NCBI GenBank assembly: GCA_977017645.1
Contig: OZ360237.1
Span: forward strand, 8,618,001-8,682,000
Length of the DNA: 64,000 nt
Direction: 5' to 3'
Source of the DNA: Torpedo marmorata
Lineage: Eukaryota
Below the pieces are notes generated by a model. It had not been told where the DNA came from. It ran no database searches and saw only the letters and a program-made list of their open reading frames with translations. Both the position numbers and the translations under genes were made by a program. This document shows positions 61,260 to 64,000 of this stretch, in pieces. Numbering within the stretch: position 1 is the first letter of the stretch; the number at the start of each line of letters is the position of its first letter.

Positions 61260-63992
61260 GTAATATGCAATCTGAGTGATGAGACTATCATAGTGGAAAA
61301 GCTGGTGACGTGATGAGAGACCAGCAGCAGGGCTAAGTGTGAAGAGTGCAGGGTCCACATGATAATCATTAGGAGTGCTGATCAATAGAGATTGCTGGTT
61401 GGTGAGTGATGTACCAGTAGTTCATTGAGCCGGGTTTGAGGGTGGTGGTGCAGATGCTGGATTGTGGCATTTGAAAAAAAATACGTTCAGTAACCTTAAC
61501 TCCCCTGTGAGGCCTTGACTCTTGCTCCTTTGCAGTGTGAGTGCACCTGAGGGAACACAATAATTCTCTATTAATTGGTTTACCTCAGATGATCAGTCCA
61601 TTGTAGACAACTCCATAACCTCTTCAAAATAATGAGGGCTGCATTCAGTAGCACTTAAGGATGGTCACAGAATTGCAGTGCATGATTAATCCATACCCAC
61701 GGATTCTAAAGCAGATACCACACCAACTTTGTGCTCCTTATTAATTTCACTAATTTCAGAGTTTGGCCGATGGCATGAATGACCAGTTTCAGTTAAAACA
61801 AGCTTTCACTTGTAAATCTAACTCGTGCCTCCTAAAGAAAGTGGCATGGAGGTTTTGGCAGAAGGTTTCCAAATGAATGTGACCTGCAGAACATGAAATG
61901 ACATTGCATAGCAGACTGCAGATTCAAAAGTTTTTCAGATACTGCATGTAAATCTGTTACATAAAAGATGCAAAGTAGGAGATTGGCTGCATTTACAGGG
62001 AATTGATGTAAATTCACCACCCCCCCGCCACCCCAGCCAGGTGCATCCAGATCACAAACGACCAAGAGTCGGGCCCTCTCAGGCAATGCTTTTTGAAGTG
62101 CCACAATCCACCATCTGCACCATCACCTTCAGACCCAGCTCAATGGACTACATCACTCACTAACCAGCAATCTCATTGATCAGCACTCCTAATAATTTTC
62201 GTGTGGACCCTGCACACTTTCACACTTAGCACTACTGCAGGTCTCACATCCTCATCACCAGCTTTTCCACAATGATAATCACATCACTCAAACAGATTGT
62301 ATACTACGTATCACCACACTTCTCTGTAAAAGGATAATGGAACAGCAGCGACTATCTGGAGAACAAGTGCAACCAATGTGTTAAACAATATGGAGGAGAC
62401 TGTACGGGCCATTATTAAAACAGTCATTGAGAGGCTGAGGTCAGCTCAGGAACTAAAATGATAGATGACAGAACCTTTGTGTCTAATCATCCCACTTAGC
62501 CGGAGCCGCTGTAGCGGCAGCGCTGCCGCTGGTGCGGACCCACGGGGAGCGAGGGAGCGGAGATGCAGCGCTCCTGTGGGGGCCAGCCGCCCAGTCGACT
62601 GCCGTCGGCTCCGCACGGGCTTTGAGGGAGCCGACGGTGGTTTTATTTGAGATCCCGCGACCGCGACCGCGGGGTCTGCGCCCAAGATGGAAGCACCGAT
62701 TAATCGGCAGCAGCCACGAGGGGCTGCAGACTCCGGGGATGCGGAGGACTGGAGCAGGGCACCAGAGGACGGACAGATCACCCCCCCCCCCGCCTGAGAA
62801 GGAGAAGCGGAGGAGACGACCTACAGGACGGTGACCATGTCGGCGGACCAGTGAGGGGCTCTGAGGCTGAAGGACCCGTGCATGCGGCGGGCTGCTGGCG
62901 ACTCGAGGCGAGGAACCTGCGGAGGCTGTGGACTTCTGGAGACTGCTGTCGGGAGACTCGCGCCGGGCTGCGGACTGCTGGAGACTGGCTCAAACTGGCT
63001 GGAGAAGTACCAGGTATCGGAACTGGGATGCGAGGGGGTGCCGAGGGCGCCAAAGGGTTCCTGACCGTGTTGGAGGTTCGGATCGGGAGCTCAGGTTGCC
63101 GATGGTTTGGACTGGACCCTATGTAGCTGTGGAGGCTGCGGAAGCGCTAGAGGCGAACCTACGGACATTCGGTGACTCTGGGGGGACTCTCTTTTGCTTC
63201 TCTTTCTCTGACTGTAAGGAATGTAAGAGGCGCTTAGGCAATTTCTGCCGGTGGCGAATCTGTCTGCCTTGCAGCAGGCAAAAAGAAATTTCATGTAATA
63301 TAACACTGTTTTATTACTATGACAATAAATTGTATCTTGATCTTGAACTTGATCTTGATCTTGAAATCCTGCTGAAATCCTATATCCCATCATATCCTCA
63401 ACACTCTTATCTGATTGACGTACAGATGGTGTAAACATGCACCTCTTAATTCCACCTCACAGTAGGCTTATGATTTTCTTATTTTGTTTCAAAGATCAAT
63501 GAAGAGAAGGCTAGCCAGAAAAGAACACCTAAAAGCAGTGCAAAGAGGTATTCTATCACTCATTTATAAATTTGTAGCTATCAACTCTGATCACCATGTG
63601 ATTTAGTGCATAAAAATAATGGTACATTATATATCTGATAAGACATTTAGCACATAACCTGTAGCCAGGACAAGAGGATGTGGCAGGTCTCTCACAGCAA
63701 TTCACGTTACTTTTGGTGGTAATGCAGGTAAAAACTTTGATAGGTAAGCACAGACAATTCCCTGGGAATTTTGCCAGAAGGGCCACTTTCAATGTCTAGT
63801 GGCATGGAGCAATGTGGATGTGAGACCTGCAGTAGTGCTAAGTGTGAAAAAATGCAGGGTCCACACGAAAATTATTAGGAGTGCTGATCAATGAGATTGC
63901 TGGTCAGTGAGTGATGTAGTCCATTGAGCTGGGTCTGAAGGTGATGGTGCAGATGGTGGATTGTGGCACTTCAAAAAGCATTGCCTGAGAGG
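61260..63992. repeat. Three related arms in alternating orientation: 61260-61476 (-), 62075-62305 (+), 63816-63992 (-)
   Basis: 62075-62251 and 63816-63992 are reverse complements with about 4 mismatches in 177 nt by eye. The 61260-61476 arm is more diverged. Confidence 0.92.
62499..63364 (+). mobile_element. GC-rich Rex1-tailed element, copy 4
   Basis: Highly similar to 24458-25300; tail TGACAATAAA-TTGTA(TCTTGA)n. Confidence 0.88.
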
Positions 63993-64000
63993 TCTGGAGT

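Overview
AT-rich vertebrate genomic DNA with no intact host gene. It is most likely intronic sequence from a cartilaginous fish (shark/ray). That assignment is an inference from HE1/V-SINE-like tRNA SINEs, SacSINE/Deu-type SINEs and the CR1, Rex1 and Penelope complement. Nearly all long ORFs belong to transposable elements: three CR1 LINE copies, Rex1/Babar LINEs (one nested cleanly inside another), several L1/Tx1 3' ends (two with 5' inversions and ~16-bp TSDs), Penelope-like (GIY-YIG) fragments whose terminal repeats carry minimal hammerhead-like motifs, two solo LTRs with TSDs, a TA-flanked MITE and about eight V-SINEs. Four signals stand out. (i) A multi-copy, GC-rich, structured ~860-bp non-coding element has a Rex1-type tail and no tRNA head. 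(ii) Two Penelope insertions share one architecture: 14-bp TSD, inverted terminal tail, hammerhead motif. (iii) Several + strand micro-exon candidates (33, 15, 25, 29, 54 nt) point to an unidentified host gene. (iv) A three-arm alternating inverted repeat lies at the right end. There are two N gaps at 32050-32328 and 32567-32810. Family names come from motif recognition, not database searches.
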